Positions 1-13,630 of a stretch of DNA of 64,000 nt are shown here, one piece after another; position 1 is the stretch's first letter; each line of letters opens with the position of its first letter. The stretch is from positions 22,587-86,586 of the forward strand of contig NZ_JAOQNS010000009.1 of assembly GCF_025961475.1 (NCBI RefSeq), given 5' to 3'. The DNA is from Rhodobium gokarnense. Lineage in GTDB: Bacteria; Pseudomonadota; Alphaproteobacteria; Rhizobiales; Rhodobiaceae. The position numbers were made by a program, and so were the translations under genes. A model generated the notes under the pieces. It saw nothing but the letters and a program-made list of their open reading frames with translations. It did no database searches and was not told the DNA's origin.

Positions 1-65
1 GCGCCGGAAAAGTCTGTTAGCATTGATCTGACCATGCGGGCCGGACGGCCCGCCAAGCCGAAGGA

Positions 66-1478
66 TTGCTTGGGATGACCTACGATCTCGTCGTCATCGG
101 AACCGGCCCGGGGGGCTATGTCTGCGCGATCCGCGCCGCGCAACTGGGCATGAAGGTGGCCGTCGTCGAAAAGCGCGCCACCCATGGCGGCACCTGCCTC
201 AATGTCGGCTGCATTCCCTCAAAGGCGATGCTGCACACCTCCGAACTGTTCGAGGAGGCGGCGCATTCCTTTGCCGGCTTCGGCATCAAGGTCGCCAAGC
301 CGAAGCTCGACCTGCCGGCGATGATGAAGCACAAGCAGGAGACCATCGACGGCAATGTCGGCGGCATCGAATTCCTGTTCAAGAAGAACAAGATCACGGC
401 CTTCCACGGCACCGGCCGCATCCTTTCCGCCGGCAAGGTCGAGGTCGCCCATGAGGACGGCTCGACCGAGATCGTGGAGACCCGCAACATCGTCATCGCC
501 ACCGGTTCCGACGTCGCCCGCCTGCCGGGCATCGAGATCGACGAGGAACAGGTGGTGTCCTCGACCGGAGCGCTGGCGCTCGACAAGGTGCCCGGCAAGA
601 TGATCGTCGTCGGCGCCGGCGTCATCGGCCTGGAGCTCGGCTCGGTCTGGCGCCGCCTCGGCGCCGAGGTCACGGTCGTGGAATTCCTCGACCGCATCCT
701 GCCGGGCATGGACGGCGACGTCGCCAAGAACTTCCAGCGCATGCTGAAGAAGCAGGGCATGAAGTTCATGCTCTCTTCCAAGCTCGACGGCATCGACAAG
801 AAGGGCAAGAAGCTCGTCGCCACCATCGAGCCGGCGGCCGGCGAGGCCGCGGCCGAGACCATCGAAGCCGACGTCATCCTCGTTGCCATCGGCCGGCGGC
901 CCTACACCGAAGGCCTCGGCCTCGACGATGTCGGTGTTGCCCTCGACGACAAGGGCCGGGTCAAGACCGACGGCCACTTCAAGACCTCGGTCGACGGCAT
1001 CTATGCCATCGGCGACGTGATCGCCGGTCCGATGCTCGCCCACAAGGCCGAGGACGAGGGCATCGCGCTCGCCGAACAGCTTTCCGGCCAGGCCGGCCAC
1101 GTGAACTACGAGGTGATTCCGGCCGTCGTCTACACCATGCCGGAGGTCGCCTCGGTCGGGAAAACCGAAGAGGAGCTGAAGGAGGCCGGCACCGCCTATT
1201 CCGTCGGCAAGTTCCCGTTCAGCGCCAATGGTCGCGCCAAGGCCATGGCCCAGACCGAAGGCTTCGTGAAGGTGCTCGCCGACCAGAAGACCGACCGCGT
1301 CCTCGGCGTCCACATCGTCGGCGCCGGCGCCGGCGAGATGATCCACGAGGCGGCCGTCCTGATGGAGTTCGGTGGTTCCGCCGAGGACCTCGGCCGCACC
1401 TGCCACGCCCACCCGACCATGTCCGAAGCAGTCAAGGAAGCGGCACTCGCCGTCGACAACCGTCCGATCCACATGTGA
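66..1478 (+). CDS. lpdA: dihydrolipoyl dehydrogenase (E3 component)
   Basis: 470 aa; N-terminal FAD motif [10 protein letters not shown], redox-active disulfide [13 protein letters not shown], full pyridine nucleotide-disulfide oxidoreductase architecture with C-terminal dimerisation region. Confidence 0.95.
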   Translation: MLGMTYDLVVIGTGPGGYVCAIRAAQLGMKVAVVEKRATHGGTCLNVGCIPSKAMLHTSELFEEAAHSFAGFGIKVAKPKLDLPAMMKHKQETIDGNVGGIEFLFKKNKITAFHGTGRILSAGKVEVAHEDGSTEIVETRNIVIATGSDVARLPGIEIDEEQVVSSTGALALDKVPGKMIVVGAGVIGLELGSVWRRLGAEVTVVEFLDRILPGMDGDVAKNFQRMLKKQGMKFMLSSKLDGIDKKGKKLVATIEPAAGEAAAETIEADVILVAIGRRPYTEGLGLDDVGVALDDKGRVKTDGHFKTSVDGIYAIGDVIAGPMLAHKAEDEGIALAEQLSGQAGHVNYEVIPAVVYTMPEVASVGKTEEELKEAGTAYSVGKFPFSANGRAKAMAQTEGFVKVLADQKTDRVLGVHIVGAGAGEMIHEAAVLMEFGGSAEDLGRTCHAHPTMSEAVKEAALAVDNRPIHM

Positions 1479-1640
1479 CGCGGCCCGGCGCGACCGTTGC
1501 GCCTGACCAACGGGCATTGATGTCCCCTCGGCCAACAAAAGCGCATTGACGACCTTCGGACCCACCGGCTCGGGGGATTTGGAAATCAGGGCGTTCCCGC
1601 GCGCACCATCGGCCCGGTCAATGCGCGTCCCTACAAAAAA

Positions 1641-1676
1641 AGCCGGGCCGTCGTTCGACGGCCCGGCTCTTTTTTC
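1641..1676. terminator. bidirectional Rho-independent terminator between lpdA (+) and small secreted-protein gene (-)
   Basis: GC-rich hairpin agccgggccgtcg-ttcg-acggcccggct flanked by A7 upstream and T6 downstream. Confidence 0.7.
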
Positions 1677-1715
1677 GGGACAGACTTTGGTTCAGGAGAA
1701 AGCGGACGCGGCCTG

Positions 1716-1925
1716 TTATTCGGCCGTCGGCGTCACGTCGCTGGTCGCCAGCGAATCCGACTTGGCGCCCTTGGAGCTCGGAAGCGGCGTGATCTGGGCC
1801 GACTTCATCGACTTGCCCTCATAGGACGCCGTGGTGTCGGTCTTGGAGTAGGGGCACGCAAGGGCGATCGAGGCGCTGAGCGCGAAAGCCGAAGCGGCGA
1901 GAAGCGTGGTGGTGGTGCGGATCAT
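1716..1925 (-). CDS. small secreted hypothetical protein (69 aa)
   Basis: ORF begins MIRTTTTLLAASAFALSASIALA (signal peptide) with AGGAGG 6 nt upstream of ATG; longer ORF-track version has implausible N-extension. Confidence 0.5.
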   Translation of the reverse strand: MIRTTTTLLAASAFALSASIALACPYSKTDTTASYEGKSMKSAQITPLPSSKGAKSDSLATSDVTPTAE

Positions 1926-2109
1926 GGCAGTGCCTCCTGTCATGTGCCGGCCTGGAAGATGAAGCGCGCGGTCGGGGGGCGCAGACGAATTGCCGGACTG
2001 CGTCAAAAAGTATCATGACGCATCTTTGGGCGACAAATCACAGATTGTTTAGCTGCCGGCCGGGCCTCGCCATCCGGGCATGGGCAGCGGTCCCGCCCGC
2101 GCGGATCGA

Positions 2110-2538
2110 TCAGTCCCGTTCCAGCACCACCCTGTAGTGCTCGTCGGCCTTGCGCGTGTCGTGATAGGTGACCATCACGTCGACCTGCATGCGGTGGCCG
2201 TAGGCATGCAGCGTCACGTAGCGGGTGCCGAAGAATACCTCGAAGGCGGCGTAGAGCCGTGCCTGGTCGAGTCGCTGACCCGGCGCCCAGCCCCAGGTGC
2301 AGTCGCGGGGCGAGCACTCGCTCTTGGCCCGGACGCGCCAGTTGCCCTCAAAGCGGCCCCGGACGCATTCATATTCGACTTCGATGGAGGAGATCACGCC
2401 GACCCGCGGCCGCGGGTGGACCCAGGTACCGACTTCCGGCGGCATCTCGCAGTCCTTGGCTTCGGCGCTGGCCGGCATCGCCACCGGCAGGGCCAGCAGG
2501 GCGGCGGCGAACATCGCGCTCTTTGCAAATGGTGTCAT
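2110..2538 (-). CDS. secreted hypothetical protein, Cys-rich (142 aa)
   Basis: N-terminal signal peptide MTPFAKSAMFAAALLALPVAMPASA; codon usage consistent with host; no recognisable family. Confidence 0.55.
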   Translation of the reverse strand: MTPFAKSAMFAAALLALPVAMPASAEAKDCEMPPEVGTWVHPRPRVGVISSIEVEYECVRGRFEGNWRVRAKSECSPRDCTWGWAPGQRLDQARLYAAFEVFFGTRYVTLHAYGHRMQVDVMVTYHDTRKADEHYRVVLERD

Positions 2539-2607
2539 CGGTCTGTCCCCGACGGAGCGTCCCGGCCTCCCCCACCTTGGGCCGGAAAAAGACCCGTCCT
2601 TTCGTTG

Positions 2608-3546
2608 TCAGGCCCGCGGATGTGCCTTCTGGTAGATGTCGAGGAGCCTGTCGCTTTCGACCGCGGTGTAGATCTGGGTGGTCGACAGGCTGGCGTGGCC
2701 GAGCAGTTCCTGGATTGCCCGGAGGTCTCCGCCGGCGCTGAGAAGATGCGTGGCGAAGGAGTGGCGAAGGGCATGCGGCGTCGCGGTCTCGGCAAGGCCG
2801 AGCGCGCCGCGCAGCCGCTGGACGGCGATCTGGATGATGCGCGGCGACAGCGGCCCGCCGCGCGCACCGACAAAGAGCGGCCCGTCCTCGGCAAGCGCAT
2901 AGGGGCAGAGCTTCAGATAGGCCGCAACCGCCTCGCGCGTTGCGGCGAGCACCGGCACCAGGCGGGTCTTGCCGCCCTTGCCGGTCACCCGCAGCGACTC
3001 GACGGTATCGACCGGCGCCTCGGCGCGGGAAAGGCCGAGGGCTTCGGAGATGCGCAGGCCCGAGCCGTAGAGCAGCGACAGAACGGCCGCGTTGCGCACG
3101 GCGATCCAGGGCTCCTCGTCGAGCGCCTCGTCGGCATCGACCATGCGCCGCGCCGAGGCCGCCGCGATCGGCTTGGGCAACGTCTTGGGCTGTTTCGGCG
3201 TGCGGATCGCCTTCAGTGCCGCGGCGTTGGCAAGGCCCTTCCGCTCCAGGAAGGAAAAGAACGAGCGCACGCCGGCAAGCGCCCGGCCCATGGAGCGCGG
3301 ACCCGCCCCGGCGCGCCGCCGGTCGGCGAGGAAGCCGCGGAAATCGGCCGGTTTCAGGTCGGCAATGTCGGCAATGCCCGGCGCGCCGCCGAGATGCAGC
3401 GTCAGGAAGGAGAGGAGCTGGCGGACGTCGCGCTCATAGGCCTCGACCGTCTTTGCCGCAAGCCGCCGCGTGCCGGCGAGGTGGGCGAGCCAGGCGGTCA
3501 CCTCCGCAGCAAGGTCGGGTCTGGCGGTGATCAGCGGCGCTGCCAT
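2608..3546 (-). CDS. xerC: tyrosine site-specific recombinase XerC/XerD family
   Basis: Catalytic C-terminal motifs ...RHSFATHLL... and LLGHASLSTTQIYT; start taken at MAAPLIT (ATG 3546) rather than upstream in-frame ATG. Confidence 0.8.
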   Translation of the reverse strand: MAAPLITARPDLAAEVTAWLAHLAGTRRLAAKTVEAYERDVRQLLSFLTLHLGGAPGIADIADLKPADFRGFLADRRRAGAGPRSMGRALAGVRSFFSFLERKGLANAAALKAIRTPKQPKTLPKPIAAASARRMVDADEALDEEPWIAVRNAAVLSLLYGSGLRISEALGLSRAEAPVDTVESLRVTGKGGKTRLVPVLAATREAVAAYLKLCPYALAEDGPLFVGARGGPLSPRIIQIAVQRLRGALGLAETATPHALRHSFATHLLSAGGDLRAIQELLGHASLSTTQIYTAVESDRLLDIYQKAHPRA

Positions 3547-3841
3547 GTCTCCTTCCGCAGTTTTATACCAAGTATACAATCAAGACGGGCACGTTGGCGC
3601 GTCTACGCCTTTGCAGATCAAGAGGTTACACCAGCAACATTGACAATTCGTCACCAGTTTACTCCGTATTTAATTCCAAGGTGCAACAACGGCGCGGCCG
3701 ATCATGCCGGAAAATGCTGGATTTATCTAACGCCGTCGGCAAGGAGGCTTTATCCCGCCGGGCCGCCCGCTATCCTCCGGTGTCGTCCCGGCCGGCTGAG
3801 TCGCCGTCGGGCATCCAACGTCGCCGACTGCCGGAGCCTGC

Positions 3842-6076
3842 GTGGCCAACCAGACCGCCTCCCTGCCGGGCCTTGAGCCGGCCCCCGAAGAGCCTGCCGC
3901 CACCGTTCCGGTGCTGGTGCCGGTCGCCGTGGAGACGGCCTACAGCTACCGGGTCCCGGCGGGAATGCACCTTGGGCCCGGAACCGTCGTCCAGATACCG
4001 CTCGGCAACCGGCAGGTCGTCGGCGCGGTCTGGGAGCCCGGCATCTGGGAGGGCGGCGGCGCAAAGCCGGTCGATCCGTCGAAGCTGCGCGAGATCCTCC
4101 ACGTCTTCGACGTCCCGTCCATCGATGAGCGCATGCGCCGCTTCATCGACTGGGTCGCCCGCTGGACCATGGCGCCGCCCGGCATGGTGCTGCGCATGGT
4201 CCTCCGGGTGCCGGAGGCGCTGGAGCCCGAACCGCCGCTGAAAGGCGTCCGCCTTGCCGGGGCGCCGCCCGAGCGGATGACCAAGGCCCGCGCCCGCGTG
4301 CTCGACCTCTTTGAGGAAAACCCCTCCTGGTCGAAGACGGGCCTTGCGACCGCCGCCGGCGTCAGCCCCGGCGTCGTCGACGGCCTCATCGGCGCTGGCA
4401 CGCTCCAGATCGTGCCGCTGCCGGCGGCCCCGCCGGCGCCCATGCCGGAGGCCGACTGGAACCGCCGCGACCTGAGCCCTGCCCAGGACAAGGCGGCAGA
4501 GGAGATCACGGCGACCGTCGCCGAGCGGCGTTTCTCCGTCACGCTGCTGGACGGCGTTACCGGCGCCGGCAAGACCGAGGTGTATTTCGAGGCCGTGGCC
4601 GAAGCCCTGCGCCGCGGCCGCCAGGCGCTGGTGCTGTTGCCGGAGATCGCGCTCACCTCGGAATTCCTGCAGCGCTTCGAGGAGCGTTTCGGCTGCCGCC
4701 CCGGCGAGTGGCATTCGGATGTGCCGCCGAAGCAGCGGGTGCGGCTCTGGCGCGGCGTCATCGACGGTTCGGTCCGGGTCGTCGTCGGCGCCCGCTCCGC
4801 GCTGTTCCTGCCCTTTCCCGAACTCGGCCTCATCGTCGTCGACGAGGAGCACGACCCGGCCTACAAGCAGGACGACCGCGTCGCCTACCACGCCCGCGAC
4901 ATGGCGGTGGTGCGCGGCCACATCGCCGGCTTTCCGGTAATCCTGTCGTCGGCAACGCCCTCCATCGAGACAAGGCACAACGCCGATACCGGCCGCTACC
5001 GCCGCATCGAGCTGCCGGACCGGGCCTCCGGCGCCGCGCTGCCGGACATCCACGCCATCGACATGCGCCGGGGTGGCCCGGCCCGCGGCCGCTGGCTGGC
5101 CCCGGCGCTGACCCGCGCCGTCGGCGAGGCGCTCGCCCGCGGCGACCAGGCGCTCCTCTTCCTCAATCGCCGCGGCTATGCGCCGCTGACCCTCTGCCGC
5201 TCCTGCGGCCACCGCTTCGAATGCCCGGATTGCAGCGCCTGGCTGGTGGAGCACCGGTTCCGCAGCGTGCTCACCTGCCACCATTGCGGCTTTTCCATGC
5301 CGACGCCGGAGGCGTGCCCGTCCTGCGGCGACGTCGATTCGCTGACCGCCTGCGGGCCGGGCGTCGAACGCATCGCCGAGGAAGCCGCGGCCGACTTTCC
5401 CGATGCCCGCATCATCGTCTTGTCCTCCGACATGCCCGGCGGCACCAGGCGGCTGCGGGCCGAACTGAAGGCGATCGCGGGCGGCGAGGGCGACATCATC
5501 ATCGGCACCCAGCTCGTCGCCAAGGGTCACAACTTCCCCAAGCTCAAGGTCGTCGGCGTCGTCGATGCCGATCTCGGCCTTTCCACCGCAGACCCGCGCG
5601 CGGCGGAGCGCACCTTCCAGCTCATCTCCCAGGTGACGGGCCGCGCCGGGCGCCGCGACGGCGCCGGCGTCGGCTACTTGCAGACCTACATGCCGGACCA
5701 TCCGGTGATGCGGGCGCTGGTCTCCGGTGACCGCGAGAGCTTCTATGCGACCGAGCTGGAGGCGCGCGAGCGGTCCGCCATGCCGCCCTTTGCACGGCTG
5801 GCGAGCCTCCTCGTCACCGGCCCGGACCGGCCCCTGACGGAAGGCTTCGCCCGCGAGCTTGCCCGCGCCGCGCCCCACCAGGACGGTGTCCACGTGCTGG
5901 GTCCGGCCGACCCGCCGCTTGCCGTCATCCGCGGCCGCCACCGCCAGCGCCTCCTCGTCCATGCCGACCGGTCGGCGGACATCCAGGCCTATCTGCACCG
6001 CTGGCTGGCGGCCGGCCCGGTGCCGAAGAAGGGCGTCCGCCTCGCCATCGACATCGAGCCGCTCAGCTTCATGTGA
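3842..6076 (+). CDS. priA: primosomal protein N' (replication restart helicase PriA)
   Basis: 744 aa; Walker A GVTGAGKTEVY, DEEH box (VVDEEHD), Cys4 zinc-binding cluster CRSCGHRFECPDCSAWL...CHHCG; GTG start. Confidence 0.9.
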   Translation: MANQTASLPGLEPAPEEPAATVPVLVPVAVETAYSYRVPAGMHLGPGTVVQIPLGNRQVVGAVWEPGIWEGGGAKPVDPSKLREILHVFDVPSIDERMRRFIDWVARWTMAPPGMVLRMVLRVPEALEPEPPLKGVRLAGAPPERMTKARARVLDLFEENPSWSKTGLATAAGVSPGVVDGLIGAGTLQIVPLPAAPPAPMPEADWNRRDLSPAQDKAAEEITATVAERRFSVTLLDGVTGAGKTEVYFEAVAEALRRGRQALVLLPEIALTSEFLQRFEERFGCRPGEWHSDVPPKQRVRLWRGVIDGSVRVVVGARSALFLPFPELGLIVVDEEHDPAYKQDDRVAYHARDMAVVRGHIAGFPVILSSATPSIETRHNADTGRYRRIELPDRASGAALPDIHAIDMRRGGPARGRWLAPALTRAVGEALARGDQALLFLNRRGYAPLTLCRSCGHRFECPDCSAWLVEHRFRSVLTCHHCGFSMPTPEACPSCGDVDSLTACGPGVERIAEEAAADFPDARIIVLSSDMPGGTRRLRAELKAIAGGEGDIIIGTQLVAKGHNFPKLKVVGVVDADLGLSTADPRAAERTFQLISQVTGRAGRRDGAGVGYLQTYMPDHPVMRALVSGDRESFYATELEARERSAMPPFARLASLLVTGPDRPLTEGFARELARAAPHQDGVHVLGPADPPLAVIRGRHRQRLLVHADRSADIQAYLHRWLAAGPVPKKGVRLAIDIEPLSFM

Positions 6077-6177
6077 GCCCCTATCCCGGCAAGGCACTCT
6101 TTATATGGGAGGGGGCATTCGCGCCGGACCTGTGCCATGATCGTCGGAACGAAAACACCGACAGGGAGGACCGGGGA

Positions 6178-6672
6178 ATGGTCAGGACAGGGACGATCGT
6201 TGCCGCAATGGCCGGTGCCATACTTCTTGCCGGTCCCGGCGCCGGCCGTGCCGCCGGCACGGACATGCTGTTTTCCATCGGCGTCATGACCGGCGGCGAC
6301 GCCACACAGTACTGCAACTTCATGACGCCGGCCGATGCGGCCGCCTTCAGCTTCGACGACGAGGCGACCTGGCGCTTCGTCTTCGTCTCCGACTACCCGC
6401 AGCCCGAAGGGGAGAGCGAGGAAAAGGGTCCGCGCGCCCGCGCCGTCGTCAACGGCAGGCTGCAGACCTTCGTCTTCCGCGGCGAAAAGACCGACGGGGC
6501 GGGCATGCTGGTGCGCCGCTATCGCGGCCTTGACGACAGCGACCTGCGTATGGTCGCGCGCCTCAAGCCGGGAACGAAGGGGATGGAAAGCCAGAACTTC
6601 GAAGGCCGGATTGTGATCCGCCGCGGCGACTGGCGCGCCGGCGTCGCGGTCAAGGGCGATTGCGGCGTGTGA
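6178..6672 (+). CDS. secreted hypothetical protein
   Basis: Start at MVRTGTIVAAMAGAILLAGPGAGRAAG (signal peptide); upstream part of ORF-track frame is not coding-like. Confidence 0.5.
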   Translation: MVRTGTIVAAMAGAILLAGPGAGRAAGTDMLFSIGVMTGGDATQYCNFMTPADAAAFSFDDEATWRFVFVSDYPQPEGESEEKGPRARAVVNGRLQTFVFRGEKTDGAGMLVRRYRGLDDSDLRMVARLKPGTKGMESQNFEGRIVIRRGDWRAGVAVKGDCGV

Positions 6673-6932
6673 TGCAAACCGGTCGTTGCAGGCGGGCGGC
6701 CCGGCCACAGGTCGTATTTTTTCGCCCGAAAAGCGGGAACAATGCACCCCCTTTACGACCAAGGAATGAAATGGCGATGTTGCGTGCCCCTCACCCATGT
6801 GCTATGCGAAGCCCGGCTTTCGGGGCACAATCCTGCCAATCGTTTTTGCGGTCGGAAAAAGTCTTCTCTTGCAAGACTTTAGCGATGAGCTTTGGAAGTC
6901 GTCAGTGACGATCCGCGTGAGAGACAGAGCCC

Positions 6933-9022
<2,090 letters not shown>

Positions 9023-9064
9023 CGTAGCGCGGGAAAAAACGACTAGCGCGGAACGAAAGCGGAC

Positions 9065-9946
9065 ATGCCGAGTCTCAAGGACCTCAGAAACCGCATCTCG
9101 TCGGTCAAGGCGACGCAGAAGATCACCAAGGCCATGCAGATGGTCGCGGCGGCCAAGCTGCGCAAGGCCCAGGAGCGGGCGGAAGCCGCCCGTCCCTATG
9201 CCGAGCGCATGGGCGCGGTGCTCTCCAACCTCGCCCGCTCGCTGGAAGGCCAGCCCGGCGCGCCGGAACTGATGGTCGGCAACGGCAAGGACGAGACCCA
9301 CCTTCTGGTCGTGTGTACGGCCGACCGGGGCCTGTGCGGCGGCTTCAACTCCTCGATCGCCAAGCTTGCCCGCCAGCATGCGTTCCGGCTGATCAAGGAA
9401 GGCAAGACCGTCAAGATCCTGTGCGTCGGCCGCAAGGGCTTCGATGCCCTGAAGCGGGACCTCGGCAGCTATATGCTCGACGACAAGTTCGAGTTCCGCG
9501 GCGTCCGCCAGATCGGGTTCGAGCACGCCGCCGATATCGGCTCCAAGGTGATCTCCATGTTCGAGGAGGGCGAGTTCGACGTCGCCACCCTGTTCTATTC
9601 CCGCTTCCGCTCGGTGATCAGCCAGATCCCGACGGCGCAGCGGCTGATCCCGGCCGAGATCGACACCGAGGTGGAGATCGACACCGGCGGCGCGATCTAC
9701 GAATACGAGCCGGACGAGAAGGAAATCCTCACCGACCTGTTGCCGCGCAACATTTCGGTGCAGGTCTTCCGCGCTCTTCTGGAGAACGGGGCGTCCGAAC
9801 AGGGTGCCCGCATGAGTGCCATGGACAACGCCACGCGCAACGCGGGCGAGATGATCGACAAGCTGACGCTGAGCTACAACCGCCAGCGCCAGGCGCAGAT
9901 CACCAAGGAACTCATCGAAATCATTTCCGGCGCCGAGGCGCTGTAA
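9065..9946 (+). CDS. atpG: F0F1 ATP synthase subunit gamma
   Basis: 293 aa; [37 protein letters not shown]-terminus diagnostic of gamma. Confidence 0.95.
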   Translation: MPSLKDLRNRISSVKATQKITKAMQMVAAAKLRKAQERAEAARPYAERMGAVLSNLARSLEGQPGAPELMVGNGKDETHLLVVCTADRGLCGGFNSSIAKLARQHAFRLIKEGKTVKILCVGRKGFDALKRDLGSYMLDDKFEFRGVRQIGFEHAADIGSKVISMFEEGEFDVATLFYSRFRSVISQIPTAQRLIPAEIDTEVEIDTGGAIYEYEPDEKEILTDLLPRNISVQVFRALLENGASEQGARMSAMDNATRNAGEMIDKLTLSYNRQRQAQITKELIEIISGAEAL

Positions 9947-11395
<1,449 letters not shown>

Positions 11396-11453
11396 CGCAT
11401 CACGCCCGGCGGGCCGGCAGCGCCGGCCCCCGTGTTGAAAGGATCGTCGCCAG

Positions 11454-11858
11454 ATGGCCGAACCGTTTCAGTTCGAACTCGTCTCGCCGGAAAAGCTCTT
11501 GATTTCCGAGCCGGTCGAAGAGGTCGTGGTGCCGGGCGTCGAGGGTGACTTCGGTGTCCTCAAGGACCATGCGCCGTTCATGTCGACCATCCGGCCCGGC
11601 TACCTGACCGTCAAGAAGGTCGGCGGCGCGGTTGAGGAAATCTTCGTCTATGGCGGCTTTGCCGATACCGGTCCGGGCGGCCTGACGGTCCTCGCCGAGC
11701 ACGCGGTTCCGGCCGCCGAGCTCGACCGCGAGGGCATCGCCCAGTCGATTCGCGACGCCGAGGAAGACGTCGCCGATGCCAAGGACGACGTCACCAAGGC
11801 GGCCCGCGCCCGCAAGCTGGAACAGCTCCGCGACATCGAGATGGCGCTGAAGAAGTAG
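11454..11858 (+). CDS. atpC: F0F1 ATP synthase subunit epsilon
   Basis: 134 aa; position after atpD and typical epsilon N-terminal beta-sandwich sequence. Confidence 0.85.
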   Translation: MAEPFQFELVSPEKLLISEPVEEVVVPGVEGDFGVLKDHAPFMSTIRPGYLTVKKVGGAVEEIFVYGGFADTGPGGLTVLAEHAVPAAELDREGIAQSIRDAEEDVADAKDDVTKAARARKLEQLRDIEMALKK

Positions 11859-11887
11859 CCGCCTGCCGCGTCGACGACCAAGAAACC

Positions 11888-11930
11888 AAACCGCCCGGCC
11901 GGACGCCCCGACCGGGCGGTTTCGTTTGTG
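11888..11930 (+). terminator. Rho-independent terminator after atp operon
   Basis: hairpin ccgcccgg...ccgggcgg followed by tttcgtttgtg. Confidence 0.6.
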
Positions 11931-12247
11931 GGGTATCCTGTGACGGCGCTTGGCCGGAAACGCCTCCGGCGGCGTGGCCGAAAAAGGGCGTTGACGACCG
12001 TCATGCCGAAACGCGCGGAGGGTCGGGAAAACGCCTTCGCTGCATTGACTTCTTCGGTCGCGGTCGATGCCCGTTTGTGTAAAGTTCGAAAAGGAAGCGG
12101 GCGGACGGGACAGAAGCTCGTCTGCCAATGCGTTGATGCCAGAGCGGGAAATCGGGAAAATCGTCTCCGTTCTCCGTACCGTCATGCCCGATTGACACGC
12201 CCGCTTCCAATTCACGGCATTAACGGGCCCGGCCCCGAAGAGGTTCC

Positions 12248-13531
12248 ATGGATTCCGACAGCAGGGAGCATCTTTTCGAGAGGATCGAGGCGGCGCGCGA
12301 CGACCTGGTGGCGCTGACCCGCGACCTCGTCCGCGTGCCGACGGTCAATCCGCCGGGCGATGCCTACGGCCCCTGCGCGGAACTGATCGGCGAGCGGATG
12401 CGCCGCCGCGGCTTTGAGATTTCCTACATCCGCGCCGAGGGAACGCCCGGCGACAGCGACCGCTACCCGCGCATCAACGTCGTCGCCCGCTACGAGACCG
12501 GCCGGCCCGGCCCGTGCCTCCACTTCAACGGCCATATCGACGTCGTCGATGTCGGCGAGGGCTGGACCGTCGACCCGTTCGCCGGCGAGGTCCGGGACGG
12601 CCGGCTCTATGGCCGCGGCACCGCCGACATGAAGGGCGGCCTGGCCGCGGCCGTCGTCGCCGTCGAGCAGCTCCTCGCCGCCGGCGTCCCGCTCGCCGGC
12701 GCGATCGAAATCTCCGGCACGGTCGATGAGGAGTCGGGCGGCTATGGCGGCGTCGGCTACCTGGCCGAACGCGGCTGGTTTTCTCCGCCCCGGGTCGACC
12801 ACGTCATCATCCCCGAACCGCTCAATGTCGACCGGATCTGCATTGGCCACCGCGGCGTCTGGTGGGCCGAGGTCGAGACCCATGGCCGCACGGCGCACGG
12901 CTCCATGCCGTTCCTCGGCAATTGCGCCGTCCGCCACATGGGCGCGGTACTGGAGCGCATCGAAAACGACCTGCTGCCGCGGCTTTCCGCCCGCTCCACC
13001 GTCATGCCCGTGGTGCCGGAGGGCGCCCGCTCCTCGACCCTCAACATTAACGCCATCCATGGCGGCCAGGGCCTCGACTTTTCCGGCCTGCCGAGCCCGA
13101 TGGTCCCGGACCGCTGCCGCATGGTGCTCGACCGGCGCTATCTGATCGAGGAAGACCCGGCCGAGGTCGAGGCGGAGATCCGCGCGCTCCTCGACGGGCT
13201 GGCCGAAACCCGCCCCGGCTTTTCCTACGATCTGCGCGAGGTGCTGGCCTTCGCCCCGACCATGACCGAGCCGGATGCGCCGGTGGCGCGCGCGGTGGCA
13301 AAAGGCATCGAGACGGTGCTCGGCCGGCCGGCGACCTCCGTCGTCTCGCCCGGCACCTACGACCAGAAGCACATCGTCAGAGCCGGAAAGCTGAAGGACT
13401 GCATCGCCTACGGCCCGGGCATCCTCGACCTCGCCCACCAGCCCGACGAATATGTGGTCATCGACGACATGGTCGCCTCGGCCAAGGTCATGGCGGATGC
13501 GGCGATAACCCTGCTCGCGCCGCCCGCCTGA
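12248..13531 (+). CDS. M20 family metallopeptidase (ArgE/DapE/ACY1/CPG2 family)
   Basis: 427 aa; HFNGHIDVVDVGEGW and GRGTADMKGG metal-binding motifs of peptidase M20. Confidence 0.85.
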   Translation: MDSDSREHLFERIEAARDDLVALTRDLVRVPTVNPPGDAYGPCAELIGERMRRRGFEISYIRAEGTPGDSDRYPRINVVARYETGRPGPCLHFNGHIDVVDVGEGWTVDPFAGEVRDGRLYGRGTADMKGGLAAAVVAVEQLLAAGVPLAGAIEISGTVDEESGGYGGVGYLAERGWFSPPRVDHVIIPEPLNVDRICIGHRGVWWAEVETHGRTAHGSMPFLGNCAVRHMGAVLERIENDLLPRLSARSTVMPVVPEGARSSTLNINAIHGGQGLDFSGLPSPMVPDRCRMVLDRRYLIEEDPAEVEAEIRALLDGLAETRPGFSYDLREVLAFAPTMTEPDAPVARAVAKGIETVLGRPATSVVSPGTYDQKHIVRAGKLKDCIAYGPGILDLAHQPDEYVVIDDMVASAKVMADAAITLLAPPA

Positions 13532-13630
13532 TCGTCCGCCATCCACGAAAAGGCCTTGAAGCGCGCGCCCGGATTGTCATCATGCGGGCCTGAAGATGGC
13601 AATGGGACCGAAAGACGGGGAGGCAACGTC

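Noticed and set aside
3770-6097. 775-aa minus-strand ORF overlapping priA
   Set aside because: Antisense GC-artefact. priA on plus strand has a clear helicase and Cys4 motifs.
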